NCBI GenBank assembly: GCA_013177895.1
Contig: JABLXV010000002.1
Span: 1,285 to 65,284 of the forward strand
Direction: 5' to 3'
Length of the DNA: 64,000 nucleotides
From: Brevinematales bacterium
Lineage (GTDB): Bacteria; Spirochaetota; Brevinematia; Brevinematales; GWF1-51-8
The position numbers were made by a program, and so were the translations under genes. The notes under the pieces were generated by a model that did no database searches, was not told the DNA's origin, and saw only the letters and a list, made by a program, of their open reading frames with translations. Positions 27,598-36,263 of the stretch are shown here, one piece after another. Each line of letters begins with the position of its first letter. Positions within the stretch are counted from its first letter, which is position 1.

Positions 27598-28860
27598 ATG
27601 AGCAACCTATTCTACCACAAACGCAACTCGTTCCTGCATATCGCCGACGCGGGCGGGTTCTTTATCGGCGTCAGCCTCTGCTCGTTCGGGGTGATTATCC
27701 CGGCGTATGTCAAATCCTATACGGATAACGTCCTGCTCCTCGCGCTCATCCCGATTATCTGGGAATGCGGGAGCTACGTGCCCCAGCTATTCTCGCTTTA
27801 TTTTTCGCATAAGCGGCAATCGCATAACCCGGTGTGGAGCTATTTCATATTCGAGGGAATCCACCGCCTGAGCTTTATCCTGATCGGGGTATCGATTCTC
27901 CTGTTCGGGCATAACGTCGTCCTGTCGCTCGTGAGCTTCTATATCTTTTTTATCCTGTCCAACCTGTCATGGGGGCTGTCCATCCCCCACTGGATCGACA
28001 CATTGTCGATGACGATACCGGATAATATCTTCGCGTCGTTTATCGGCAAACGCGATATGGTCGCGCGCTTTATCGGGATACTCTCCTCGCTCGCCCTGCC
28101 GTTCATCCTGTCGCTCGCGGTGTTCCCGTGGAACTACGGCTACCTCTTCCTGATCGCTGGGGTGTTCTTTACCGGCGGCTCGGCGGCAATCCCGTTCCTG
28201 ACCGTATTGCATCCCATAACGCGCGAGCCTCTCCACAAGGGACTGAGTTTCTATCAGTATGTCGCCCAAAGCATAAAAACCATCCTGTCGAACGCCGACC
28301 TGCGGTTCTTTCTCGGGATATTCTGGATCACGGGGGTATCGCGGATCACCAATGCGTACATGTCGCCGTATGTGATCGATAATATTATCGCGCTGTACCC
28401 GGCTGAATCGCAGGGTATGCTGCTTAGCTGGTATAACACGTCGTTCCTGATCGCGATGGGGCTATCGTCATGGTATATGGGCGAGATGGCGCACCGGTTG
28501 AAGCAGCGTTTCACGTCGATAGTCGGGATAGCCGCCCTCAGTCTGTGCAATTTCAGCCTGATCCTATTCCCGAGCTATGTGACCGCGATCGTCGCCAACA
28601 TCTTTCTCGCGACCTTCTTCAACGCGGCATACCTCGTCACTATGACCGCCATAGTGGACAAGGTGAAACCCGACGGGCGTTCGGTAATCTACGCGGTCAA
28701 CAACACGATCATCGCGGTATCGATTCTGGTGTTCTCGCTGATCGGCAGCGCGGTCGCGTCGGTCTTTAAGTACAGCGGGGCGCTCCTGATCCCCGCGATA
28801 CTGCCGCTCTTCCTGATTTTTCCGCTCCTTTTCCGCAAGTCCGCGAAGTTACAGGGCTAA
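27598..28860 (+). CDS. MFS-like multi-pass membrane transporter (420 aa)
   Basis: About 12 hydrophobic segments in two halves. No specific subfamily recognised. Confidence 0.6.
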   Translation: MSNLFYHKRNSFLHIADAGGFFIGVSLCSFGVIIPAYVKSYTDNVLLLALIPIIWECGSYVPQLFSLYFSHKRQSHNPVWSYFIFEGIHRLSFILIGVSILLFGHNVVLSLVSFYIFFILSNLSWGLSIPHWIDTLSMTIPDNIFASFIGKRDMVARFIGILSSLALPFILSLAVFPWNYGYLFLIAGVFFTGGSAAIPFLTVLHPITREPLHKGLSFYQYVAQSIKTILSNADLRFFLGIFWITGVSRITNAYMSPYVIDNIIALYPAESQGMLLSWYNTSFLIAMGLSSWYMGEMAHRLKQRFTSIVGIAALSLCNFSLILFPSYVTAIVANIFLATFFNAAYLVTMTAIVDKVKPDGRSVIYAVNNTIIAVSILVFSLIGSAVASVFKYSGALLIPAILPLFLIFPLLFRKSAKLQG

Positions 28861-28892
28861 GATTCCGATACTATCTTATCGAGGGGGCCTTT

Positions 28893-29537
28893 ATGTCCCA
28901 GAACGAACATTATAAAGACCTTGCCGACGAGGAACTGCTCGGTATCATCAAGTCTGATAAGAACGCCGAGAACGAATTTTACGAGCGTTACAAGAATAAA
29001 GTCAAGTACTTCATCCGCAAACACCGTCTCAATTCTCTCGAACGGGAGGATCTGATACAGGAAGGGATGATCGGGCTTTTTAACGCGATCGAAACGTTCG
29101 ACACATCGAAAGGGGTAAAATTCGCGACCTACGCGTCGGTATGTATTAAAAACCGTATCTATAACACGGTGAACTCCATGTGGACGCGGAAGAAGAACGA
29201 GGGATTTCTCGGCGAGGACGAGGATGTTGCAATGGAGTTTTCACCCGAGGAGGATGTGATCATCCGCGAGATTTCCGAGGATTTAAAGAACGCCATATTG
29301 GAATTGAGTAAACGGGAAAAAAAGGTGCTCGAACTCTACCTGGATAAAAAATCCTATCAGGAAATCGCTTCAAGTCTTGATATTTCAACTAAAAAAGTGG
29401 ATAATATTCTGATGAAGATTAAGAGTATTCTCGCGGAAAAAGTAGGCAAAGAGGAACTGGACCTGAAAGGAGAATACTGGGACGATCAGTTGAAGAATTC
29501 GATTCATAAGGGGTTAGAAGATGAAAATGGACATTAA
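28893..29537 (+). CDS. Sigma-70-family RNA polymerase sigma factor (SigH-like)
   Basis: Region 2 EDLIQEGMIGLFNAIETFDTSKGVKFATYASVCIKNRI. Region 4 HTH LSKREKKVLELYLDKKSYQEIASSLDISTKKVDNIL. Confidence 0.8.
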   Translation: MSQNEHYKDLADEELLGIIKSDKNAENEFYERYKNKVKYFIRKHRLNSLEREDLIQEGMIGLFNAIETFDTSKGVKFATYASVCIKNRIYNTVNSMWTRKKNEGFLGEDEDVAMEFSPEEDVIIREISEDLKNAILELSKREKKVLELYLDKKSYQEIASSLDISTKKVDNILMKIKSILAEKVGKEELDLKGEYWDDQLKNSIHKGLEDENGH

Positions 29538-29829
29538 ATCGTTTGCGCTATCCGCAGGAATAATGGCGGCCGCGGTCACGTTATTAATCAGCCTGTGGTA
29601 TTCCCTCACAGGTTACGGCGCGGAAATAATCGCGATGGCGGAGGCTTTCTACGGGAAGATGACCATCGTCGATCTGGAGTTTTCAAAATCGGTACCGTTT
29701 ATCCAGAACCTCTGGAAGGTAATCGTCCTCTCGATATTCTCGTTCGTGGACGGCGCGATAGTGGGATCGTTATTTGCGATTCTCTACAATTTGTTTATCC
29801 CGAAAAAAAACGATAAAGAGACGAAGTAG
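29521..29829 (+). CDS. Small membrane protein (102 aa)
   Basis: Two to three TM helices. Overlaps the sigma gene stop by 17 nt. Could be an anti-sigma-like partner, but that is inference only. Confidence 0.45.
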   Translation: MKMDIKSFALSAGIMAAAVTLLISLWYSLTGYGAEIIAMAEAFYGKMTIVDLEFSKSVPFIQNLWKVIVLSIFSFVDGAIVGSLFAILYNLFIPKKNDKETK

Positions 29830-29835
29830 CACGCT

Positions 29836-30621
29836 ATGAGGAATCCGGTCAGCGCCTTATTCGGTTGGGTAAAAGCGAAATTCAAATTCTACGGTGGCAT
29901 CACCGCACTGTTAGTCTATTCTATTTCCGACTACATAACCAACCCTAAGGGACGTAAAATCGCCAACCGAGTCTGGCTATTACAGATATTTTTTACCGCG
30001 AATATGGCGATAAAAATTATCGGGCTGGTCGCGCTGGCGCTTGGCGCTGTCACCGTACTCCAGTTGTTTACCCAGTTGTCACGCTTCGGCGCGCTCGGAC
30101 TGGTAGGCCAGATACTGAACCTCGTGATCGTCCGCGAACTCGGCCCGATCATCACCGCGATGATCGTCATCAGCCGTTCCGGGACAGCTATCGCCGCCGA
30201 AATCGCCACCATGAATATCAATAACGAAATGGACGCGATAGAAATGCTGGGGGTGGACTCGCTCAAGATGATCGTATTCCCGCGCGTAGCGGGTATGGTG
30301 GTGAGCCTCGTCCTGCTCAACCTATTTTTCAGCGGCGTGGGTATTATCGGCGGGTTCGTGGTCGGGAATCTCCTCGGCGGGATCACGTTCGATGTATTTA
30401 TGTCGTATGTCATAAAAGCGATTACCATGACAGATATATTCGCGGGAACCTTCAAGGCGATGGTCTTCGGGTTCTTTATTTCGACGATATCGATCTTCCA
30501 CGGGTTCCAGGCGTTCTCGTCCACTCAGGTTCCAGTGGTGACTACGAAAGCGGTGGTCAGTTCGATTTTCGCGATGTTTTTATTGGATATCATCATAACG
30601 ATTATGTTTTATATGGGGTAA
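29836..30621 (+). CDS. MlaE-family ABC transporter permease
   Basis: VRELGPIITAMIVISRSGTAIAAEIATM is the hallmark MlaE/YrbE block. Confidence 0.8.
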   Translation: MRNPVSALFGWVKAKFKFYGGITALLVYSISDYITNPKGRKIANRVWLLQIFFTANMAIKIIGLVALALGAVTVLQLFTQLSRFGALGLVGQILNLVIVRELGPIITAMIVISRSGTAIAAEIATMNINNEMDAIEMLGVDSLKMIVFPRVAGMVVSLVLLNLFFSGVGIIGGFVVGNLLGGITFDVFMSYVIKAITMTDIFAGTFKAMVFGFFISTISIFHGFQAFSSTQVPVVTTKAVVSSIFAMFLLDIIITIMFYMG

Positions 30622-30623
30622 CG

Positions 30624-31343
30624 ATGCCGTCGATCATATTGAAAAATCTCTGCCTGAAATTTCAGGAGCACGTGGTCTTCGATTATCTCAGCGAACGGAT
30701 TGAGGACGGGGAAACCTACGTTCTCCTCGGCTACTCCGGCAGCGGGAAAAGCACCCTGCTGAAGGTCATCTCCGGGCTATTGTTTCCCACAAAGGGGGAA
30801 GTGGTCGTCGGGGGAGAGAACATATTCAGTTTTTCGAAGCATAAAATGCTCGACTTCCATAAAAAGTCCGGCTTCGTATTCCAGAACGCCGCTCTGATCA
30901 GTAATCTGAACATATTCGAGAACCTCGCGCTATTTTACCAGTACCATATGAATATGCCGGATGAGGAGATTATGAAACGGGTGCAGCCGTATCTCGACGA
31001 GGTACGTTGGGACGACGACCTGAAACTCCGTCCGAGTATGCTCAGCACCGGCGAACGGATCCTGGTATCGATCATACGCGCGATTTCTCACGACCCCGAT
31101 TTTATATTCTGGGACGAGCCCTCGGCGAACCTCGACAACCTGACCTCTAAAAAGGTCGACGAGATATTCTGGAAGCTCAAGAAACAGCGCAAAACCATGA
31201 TACTGGTCACGAATAATATACAGTTCGGGCTTCCCCTCGCGGATAGAGTGGGAATTCTATATAACGGGAAAATTATCGAGAGCGGGACACCGGCCGAGAT
31301 GAAAAAATCGGATAACGAGATCACCCGCAGCCTATTGTCGTAG
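30624..31343 (+). CDS. MlaF-like ABC transporter ATP-binding protein (atypical signature and H-loop)
   Basis: Walker A GYSGSGKST, Q-loop FVFQN and Walker B FIFWDEPS. The signature is LSTGE instead of LSGGQ. The H-loop position reads LVTNN, with no His. Confidence 0.75.
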   Translation: MPSIILKNLCLKFQEHVVFDYLSERIEDGETYVLLGYSGSGKSTLLKVISGLLFPTKGEVVVGGENIFSFSKHKMLDFHKKSGFVFQNAALISNLNIFENLALFYQYHMNMPDEEIMKRVQPYLDEVRWDDDLKLRPSMLSTGERILVSIIRAISHDPDFIFWDEPSANLDNLTSKKVDEIFWKLKKQRKTMILVTNNIQFGLPLADRVGILYNGKIIESGTPAEMKKSDNEITRSLLS

Positions 31344-31359
31344 AGTTTAGGAGGAGGCC

Positions 31360-32334
31360 ATGCCGTTTACCTTTAAAGCCGCGCAGAAAGCGGTCGCGAG
31401 TTTCATAGTTATCGCGATTTTTATCCTGATTACGTTCCTGATACTGATCGGGAAAAGCAGCGATTTATTCGAGCGGAAGAGCAGCTATTATACATTCCTG
31501 AATAAGGGATACGGCCTCCAACCCGGAACGGCGGTAAAATATAAGGATTTTACTATCGGTAAGATCACCGCTATCGACCTTCTGGACGACGATATGATCC
31601 GGCTCGACCTGATAGTATACGAAAAATACCAGCGCCTGATGGAAAAGGATTGCGTGATCAAGGTCGCGAGCGGCCTTTTAGGCGGCGCCAGCCTCGAACT
31701 GATGACGCTTTCCGACAGCAATCCCACCAATAACCTGCTTTCCGGTTCGCTCCTGCTTTCCTCCGATATGCCGGAAGGCCAGACGATGATGACCCAGTAT
31801 ATGACCGTACCGTCGGGAGGCCCGGAGGAACTGATGGTCAAGGTCGGCGACGTGCTCGATATGGTGAACAATATGGGGCCTGTGCTCTATACTACTCTCC
31901 TCAACGTCCGCGATATGTCCTTAAGTTTTAAGGAGATTATGGGCGGATTGGCAGGCACCGATAAGGCGCTTGTCTCCGATAAGCTGATCGGGATACTGGA
32001 CGACGTCAAATCGATGACCTACGGGTTGAAGGGCATCATGCAGGAAATCGACCAGAAGAAAAACTCTATCGGCGCTCTCATCTACGATAACAAGAAGCTC
32101 TTCAACTACATAGATAGTATGGCGTACAACGCCGACCAGACGATGAAGAAAATCGACGGGATGATGTCCGACTTCAAAGGGATGCCGTCCGACCTGAAGA
32201 AGGTCATTCTCCTCCTGAAGGAAGACATGATTGAGCTGAAGAAGGTGATGGAGAACCTGCCGTTCGGGATGGGTTCGAAGAGCGGGAAGAAAGAAGAGCC
32301 CGATACATCCATTATCGGAGGTGACCGCGAATGA
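31360..32334 (+). CDS. MlaD/MCE-domain protein
   Basis: N-terminal TM helix, then an MCE-like segment GTAVKYKDFTIGKITAIDL. Confidence 0.7.
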   Translation: MPFTFKAAQKAVASFIVIAIFILITFLILIGKSSDLFERKSSYYTFLNKGYGLQPGTAVKYKDFTIGKITAIDLLDDDMIRLDLIVYEKYQRLMEKDCVIKVASGLLGGASLELMTLSDSNPTNNLLSGSLLLSSDMPEGQTMMTQYMTVPSGGPEELMVKVGDVLDMVNNMGPVLYTTLLNVRDMSLSFKEIMGGLAGTDKALVSDKLIGILDDVKSMTYGLKGIMQEIDQKKNSIGALIYDNKKLFNYIDSMAYNADQTMKKIDGMMSDFKGMPSDLKKVILLLKEDMIELKKVMENLPFGMGSKSGKKEEPDTSIIGGDRE

Positions 32335-33308
32335 GAGCAATAATCGCATGCGTGATTATGATAGGGGTGGCGGCTGGATGTTCCGGTAATGTCAAGCCGA
32401 TGGTCAAGACTAATGTACTGAAACGAATCACCGATAACCTCGCCATCGGGGTGGAGGAGTACGGCAAGGGCAACTATGAAAACGCACGGGGATTCCTCGA
32501 GGAAGCGCTGCAGCTCGCCTATTCGGTGGATAATATCGACGAGCAGATCAGCGCGATGGTCAATCTTGCCGAACTGCATATGGCGTTCAAGAACCTGACC
32601 GAAGCGTCGAATTACCTGTTCACCGCGGAAAACCTCTCGATCATCACGGAAAGTAAAAAATATCTCTTCCAGCTTCATATTTCCATAGGGAAATTCTGGA
32701 ACACGGTAGGACAGGTCGATAAAGCGATCGATTTCTACCAGCGCGCGCTGAACGATACGAAATCCGAGCTCCAGCAGGCGATAGTCTATAATAACCTCGG
32801 CATCATCTACCGTAAGAACGGCGATGACGAGAACGCGCTCAATACGCTCGAAATCGCGCAGAAGATCAATAAAATGTACGGTATCAGCGATAATCTCGCG
32901 GACAACTACTATAACATCGGGGAAATCTACCGCAAGCAGCAGAAATGGGACAGCGCGTTCCGGTACTACCAACTCGCGCTTGAGAACGATAAGCTGGTCG
33001 AGAACTCGGTCGGTATTATCGAAGACCTGATTAAGCTCGCGATGGTATCCTACGAGATGGACGAAACCGAGAGCACCGCTCTCTATCTCGACCGTGCGCT
33101 CAAAGTGGCACAGGGTATCAAGCACGAGAAGTACGCCGAGGCAATCGTAAAGCTGATGAAGAAGTACGCGCTGATTGAGGCGACTAAGTCGCTGATTTCC
33201 GATAAGCCCCTTGATAAGCCATTCAAGCCGGTGGATACCCAGCTTGATATTGTAACGGAAATCGACACGATTGAAAGCGAGACGAATCAGGCGGTCGGGA
33301 CAAATTAG
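32331..33308 (+). CDS. TPR-repeat lipoprotein
   Basis: MRAIIACVIMIGVAAGCSG (lipobox). Repeated TPR units (YNNLGIIYRKNGDDENAL, YYNIGEIYRKQQKWDSAF). 4-nt overlap with the mlaD-like stop. Confidence 0.7.
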   Translation: MRAIIACVIMIGVAAGCSGNVKPMVKTNVLKRITDNLAIGVEEYGKGNYENARGFLEEALQLAYSVDNIDEQISAMVNLAELHMAFKNLTEASNYLFTAENLSIITESKKYLFQLHISIGKFWNTVGQVDKAIDFYQRALNDTKSELQQAIVYNNLGIIYRKNGDDENALNTLEIAQKINKMYGISDNLADNYYNIGEIYRKQQKWDSAFRYYQLALENDKLVENSVGIIEDLIKLAMVSYEMDETESTALYLDRALKVAQGIKHEKYAEAIVKLMKKYALIEATKSLISDKPLDKPFKPVDTQLDIVTEIDTIESETNQAVGTN

Positions 33309-33382
33309 GGCGGATTTGTTCGATCAGCAACAAGAGTTAATTGCTCATGCTTCGACTGGCTCAGCATGACGAACATACCCGC

Positions 33383-33626
33383 TTTCATCACGGGCTATTT
33401 CTCAATACTTCTGCCCTCTCGACATCGGGGTTAGCCCTACGCAGTAGGCAGGGCTGCCTCTCCGCAACATTTCATCACGGGCTATCTCTCAAAACTTCTG
33501 CCCTCTCGACATCGGGGTTAGCCCTACGCTGTAGGCGGGGTTGCCTCTCCGCAACATTTCATCACGGGCTATCTCTCAAAACTTCTGCCCTCTCGACATC
33601 GGGGTTAGCCCTACGCAGTAGGCGGG
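33383..33626. repeat. 87-bp tandem repeat array (2.8 units), truncated by the transposon left end
   Basis: tttcatcacgggct begins at 33383, 33470 and 33557, a period of 87 bp. The third unit stops after 70 nt at 33626 and its sequence resumes at 52184 (gttgcc...). Confidence 0.9.
33622..33626. repeat. Target-site duplication, left copy (GCGGG)
   Basis: Identical to 52179-52183 and lies immediately outside both transposon termini. Confidence 0.85.
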
Positions 33627-33785
33627 TGACGAATCATAATAATGTTGTGCATTGACATGAATAGATATCAGTATATAAATGATATATTGTCATAGTTATA
33701 TGAAATAAAGTAGTGCATTGAGATATTTGGGGTACTAGGTTTGTTCGCTCTTTCGGAAAATCGTAATAAAAAAGTTGTGCACTGA
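33627..33785 (+). repeat. Transposon left (cargo-side) end with three dispersed TnsB-type binding repeats
   Basis: aataatgttgtgcattga (33637), aaataaagtagtgcattga (33704) and aaaaaagttgtgcactga (33768), spaced ~65 bp apart. Confidence 0.8.
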
Positions 33786-33929
33786 ATTATCTTCATCATT
33801 TCTATAAAAACGCTAATCGTATAATTGTATTCAGAATTAATCATACCGAATACCCGAAATTTTTCATTTTTCATCGACTTGTGGACAAATCTCAAAGGAG
33901 GTGTTAAAATATAGAAGTAATAAAAATGA

Positions 33930-34145
33930 TGTAATTCAGCGAGACATATTCTGCAATTCCTGCGAGGCCCTTATGTCATCAACATGGACGGGCTCCTTTT
34001 CGTCAAACAGCTTCAGTTCCGTCCGAACAATCCGATCATGATCATCAGCATCAACCCGAACTATCCTCCGATCGAGATCAAGAGCGAGGACGAAGACGGG
34101 TTCTTTATCGTTAGGCGGGTGATAGGGAAGTATAGGAGATACTGA
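33930..34145 (+). pseudogene. Remnant of an S24 (LexA/CI-like) peptidase, C-terminal fragment
   Basis: GC-richer patch that translates to ..VINMDGLLFVKQLQFRPNNPIMIISINPNYPPIEIKSEDEDGFFIVRRVIGKYRRY*. This matches the C-terminal beta-strands of S24 repressors (G..VKRL....L.S.NP.Y.P..I......I.G.V). There is no N-terminal half or start codon. Confidence 0.5.
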
Positions 34146-34167
34146 AAGTTTATGTATAGGAAAATCT

Positions 34168-34881
34168 ATGATATGTATCTTCCTTGATGAAACAAGCGAT
34201 TCAAAATATCGCGATTATTTCGGGATATCTCTTGTAATGATTAATTCATTCTTTTATCCATTTATAAAAGAGGAATTTCAAAAAATACTTTCCTCATCAG
34301 GTTGGGACTGTAGCATTGAATTCAAAGGATCATATCTTTTTTCGAGAACAAAAGGCGATCCCTCTATTGATATCGAAAAAAGAATTAGGATTTGTTCGGA
34401 TATTATTGCATTGAATATCTCAAAGAAAAATTCAAGATTCAACTGTTACTATTCTTCAAAAAGGGGTGTAACCGATCAGAAAAATGAATACTTAAAGATA
34501 GTAGCGCATCTTTTAAAAAAAGTATTACCAAAAGCGTCTTCTGCTGCGGGAAAAAATATTTTATCAGTTGTATTTGATGAAAGAAGTGATATAAAACCAA
34601 TAGATTTATATCATTCAATTATCTCAATAATTCATGAAAAAGGATACTCTCTTTTTGAAATGATGACAATGCAAAAATCAGGATTCGAGACCGTTGGGCT
34701 TCTTTATGCAGATATAATTGGATATCTTAATGCTCGCATTGAGGTTATTACAAATGATTTAGAATTATTTGAAGGCATACGAGAAGAGGATTTGGAAAAC
34801 AATGGTAAAATTCTTAAACTCCGCAGTTCTACTGATCTTATTGAACAAATTAAGAATTTGAAATGGATAAACACCAACTAA
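34168..34881 (+). CDS. DUF3800-family protein (237 aa)
   Basis: N-terminal ICIFLDETSD (family iyiDESG motif), internal VVFDERSD and C-proximal GLLYADIIGYLNAR (family lQlADl motif). AT-rich codon usage unlike the host. Confidence 0.6.
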   Translation: MICIFLDETSDSKYRDYFGISLVMINSFFYPFIKEEFQKILSSSGWDCSIEFKGSYLFSRTKGDPSIDIEKRIRICSDIIALNISKKNSRFNCYYSSKRGVTDQKNEYLKIVAHLLKKVLPKASSAAGKNILSVVFDERSDIKPIDLYHSIISIIHEKGYSLFEMMTMQKSGFETVGLLYADIIGYLNARIEVITNDLELFEGIREEDLENNGKILKLRSSTDLIEQIKNLKWINTN

Positions 34882-34903
34882 TTAGTGATGCAAGGAAAAT
34901 ACA

Positions 34904-35766
34904 GTGAAGAAAAAAATTAAAAAATATGAGTTTTCGCTTATATCTTACTTTGACGTTCTCGGATTTAAGACAATCATAGATACACATACTGCATCAGAGA
35001 TTGATGAAATTTTAGAAGGTTTTGAAAAAGTTAGCTTGGACGATTTTGAATTCTATAAGGAATTGAAAGGGAAAGGAGGTAAAGATCTTGCACAAGAATT
35101 CGGGCAGAAGTATTTGTTTTTTTCTGATACAATAATTAGACTTGTTAACATTTTATCGAATTCAAACAAGCAATATCCTATGGGATTATTTTTTTAGAAA
35201 TATTACATCTAATTCATGTTCAGGTTCAGATGTTGTATTACCATGGTATATTCTTACGAGGATCGTTGGTTTTAGGTGAAGCTTTTACCGATAGGACAAA
35301 GTTTTTTGGTCCCGGGATAGTTGAGGCATATAATAATGAGAAACTATCCCTTTATCCAAGAATAATAATTGAAGAAGATTTAATGAACATTGTATTGAAT
35401 GGATCTTCAAAAATATTCGATAATGAAAAATGTGGTATTCTTCAAAAACTTTTATTTAAACAAGGTCATGTAACAACAGAAGAACAAAAATATATAAAAG
35501 GTTTATTGATTAAAGATAAGGACGGGAGATATTTCGCTAATTATTTGTATGTTTATTTAGATGAACTTGAGCAAAGTCCTGATTATTTAGATCTTTTAAC
35601 GGTACATAAACAACTTATTGTTAAAAATCTTAAAATATTTAAAAATGAACGAGAAATACGAAAGAAGTATTTTTGGTTGAAAAGATATCATAATTCTGTA
35701 ATAAAAAGGATTCATGCAAAATACTTTCATCACTATTTAGTAAAGAAGAAAGATTATTACATCTAA
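34904..35766 (+). CDS. Nucleotidyl-cyclase-like (class III cyclase / palm-fold-like) protein, split by a -1 frameshift in a T7 tract
   Basis: ORF 34904-35197 has SYFDVLGFK and FFSDTIIRLV (two putative metal-binding Asp segments). The -1 frame, open from 35149, continues LEILHLIHVQVQMLYYHGIFLRGSLVLGEAF..FFGPGIVEAYNNEK, matching the R.G..G and G..vn.A..lE segments. The join is at ttattttttta (35186-35196). The fused product is ~287 aa. 22-nt gap after the DUF3800 gene. Confidence 0.5.
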
Positions 35767-35770
35767 CTAT

Positions 35771-35993
35771 TTGATGGTCGAGGACAGGATGGGCGTGAAA
35801 TCCACGGTTATTACCTCGCAACTCCCGGTTAAAAACTGGTTTGACGTAATCGGAGACCCTACAATCAACCGTTGCGATTTATGACAGGAGTGTCCACAAT
35901 GCTGTCAAGATCAAGCTGACAGGCGAGTCAATTCGGAAATTATTATCAAACAATTCTAACGATTCTGGAGGAAACCTACGGCCTGTTGTATAA
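35771..35993 (+). pseudogene. IS21-family IstB (AAA+ helper) C-terminal remnant
   Basis: Translates to ..VEDRMGVKSTVITSQLPVKNWFDVIGDPTI then, after a frame break, DRSVHNAVKIKLTGESIRKLL. This matches the IstB C-terminus (TSQ.PV..W...IGDPT.ADAILDRL.HNA..I.L.GES.RK). Confidence 0.65.
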
Positions 35994-36029
35994 TGTCATG
36001 GGAGTTATTTCTATTTGTTTTTGACGTAA

Positions 36030-36239
36030 ACTTTCACCCGGATTGGCCGACAGTTTTCACTGGGTTATGCAAACAGATCTTTTAAAAATAACCACCTAAG
36101 CAAAATAGCCGGGGTAAGCGGTACGTCGCTGGCAAAGATGGCAAATACTGACGCGCTTGTAAGGACTTGTACCGCGCTGGATTACACGCTTGACGATATT
36201 TCGGAAATTGTACCAAACAACGCTAAAAACAAAGATTAA
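36030..36239 (+). pseudogene. XRE/Cro-type HTH gene remnant lacking a start codon
   Basis: Frame open from 36030: ..HLSKIAGVSGTSLAKMANTDALVRTCTALDYTLDDISEIVPNNAKNKD*. This resembles small HTH regulators (..LsklaGvS..tlskl....l..l.kiC.aLdc...DI.E). There is no ATG, GTG or TTG upstream of the HTH. Confidence 0.4.
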
Positions 36240-36263
36240 CACTTCATTTTTGGGGTAAACAAA

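Noticed and set aside
33383-33626. Possible CRISPR array (also considered for 1401-1595)
   Set aside because: The repeats are directly abutting, with no unique spacers. The unit lengths (87 and 99 bp) are far outside the CRISPR repeat range. No cas genes are in the window.
33341-33655. 104-aa ORF with an internally repeated peptide (HHGLSLKTSALSTSGLALR..)
   Set aside because: It is a read-through of the 87-bp tandem DNA repeat and runs into the transposon terminus. It has no RBS, and the periodicity is at the DNA level.
33668-33895. 75-aa minus-strand ORF at the transposon left end
   Set aside because: It overlaps the three TnsB-type end repeats in an extremely AT-rich region, and it has no RBS and no recognisable motif.
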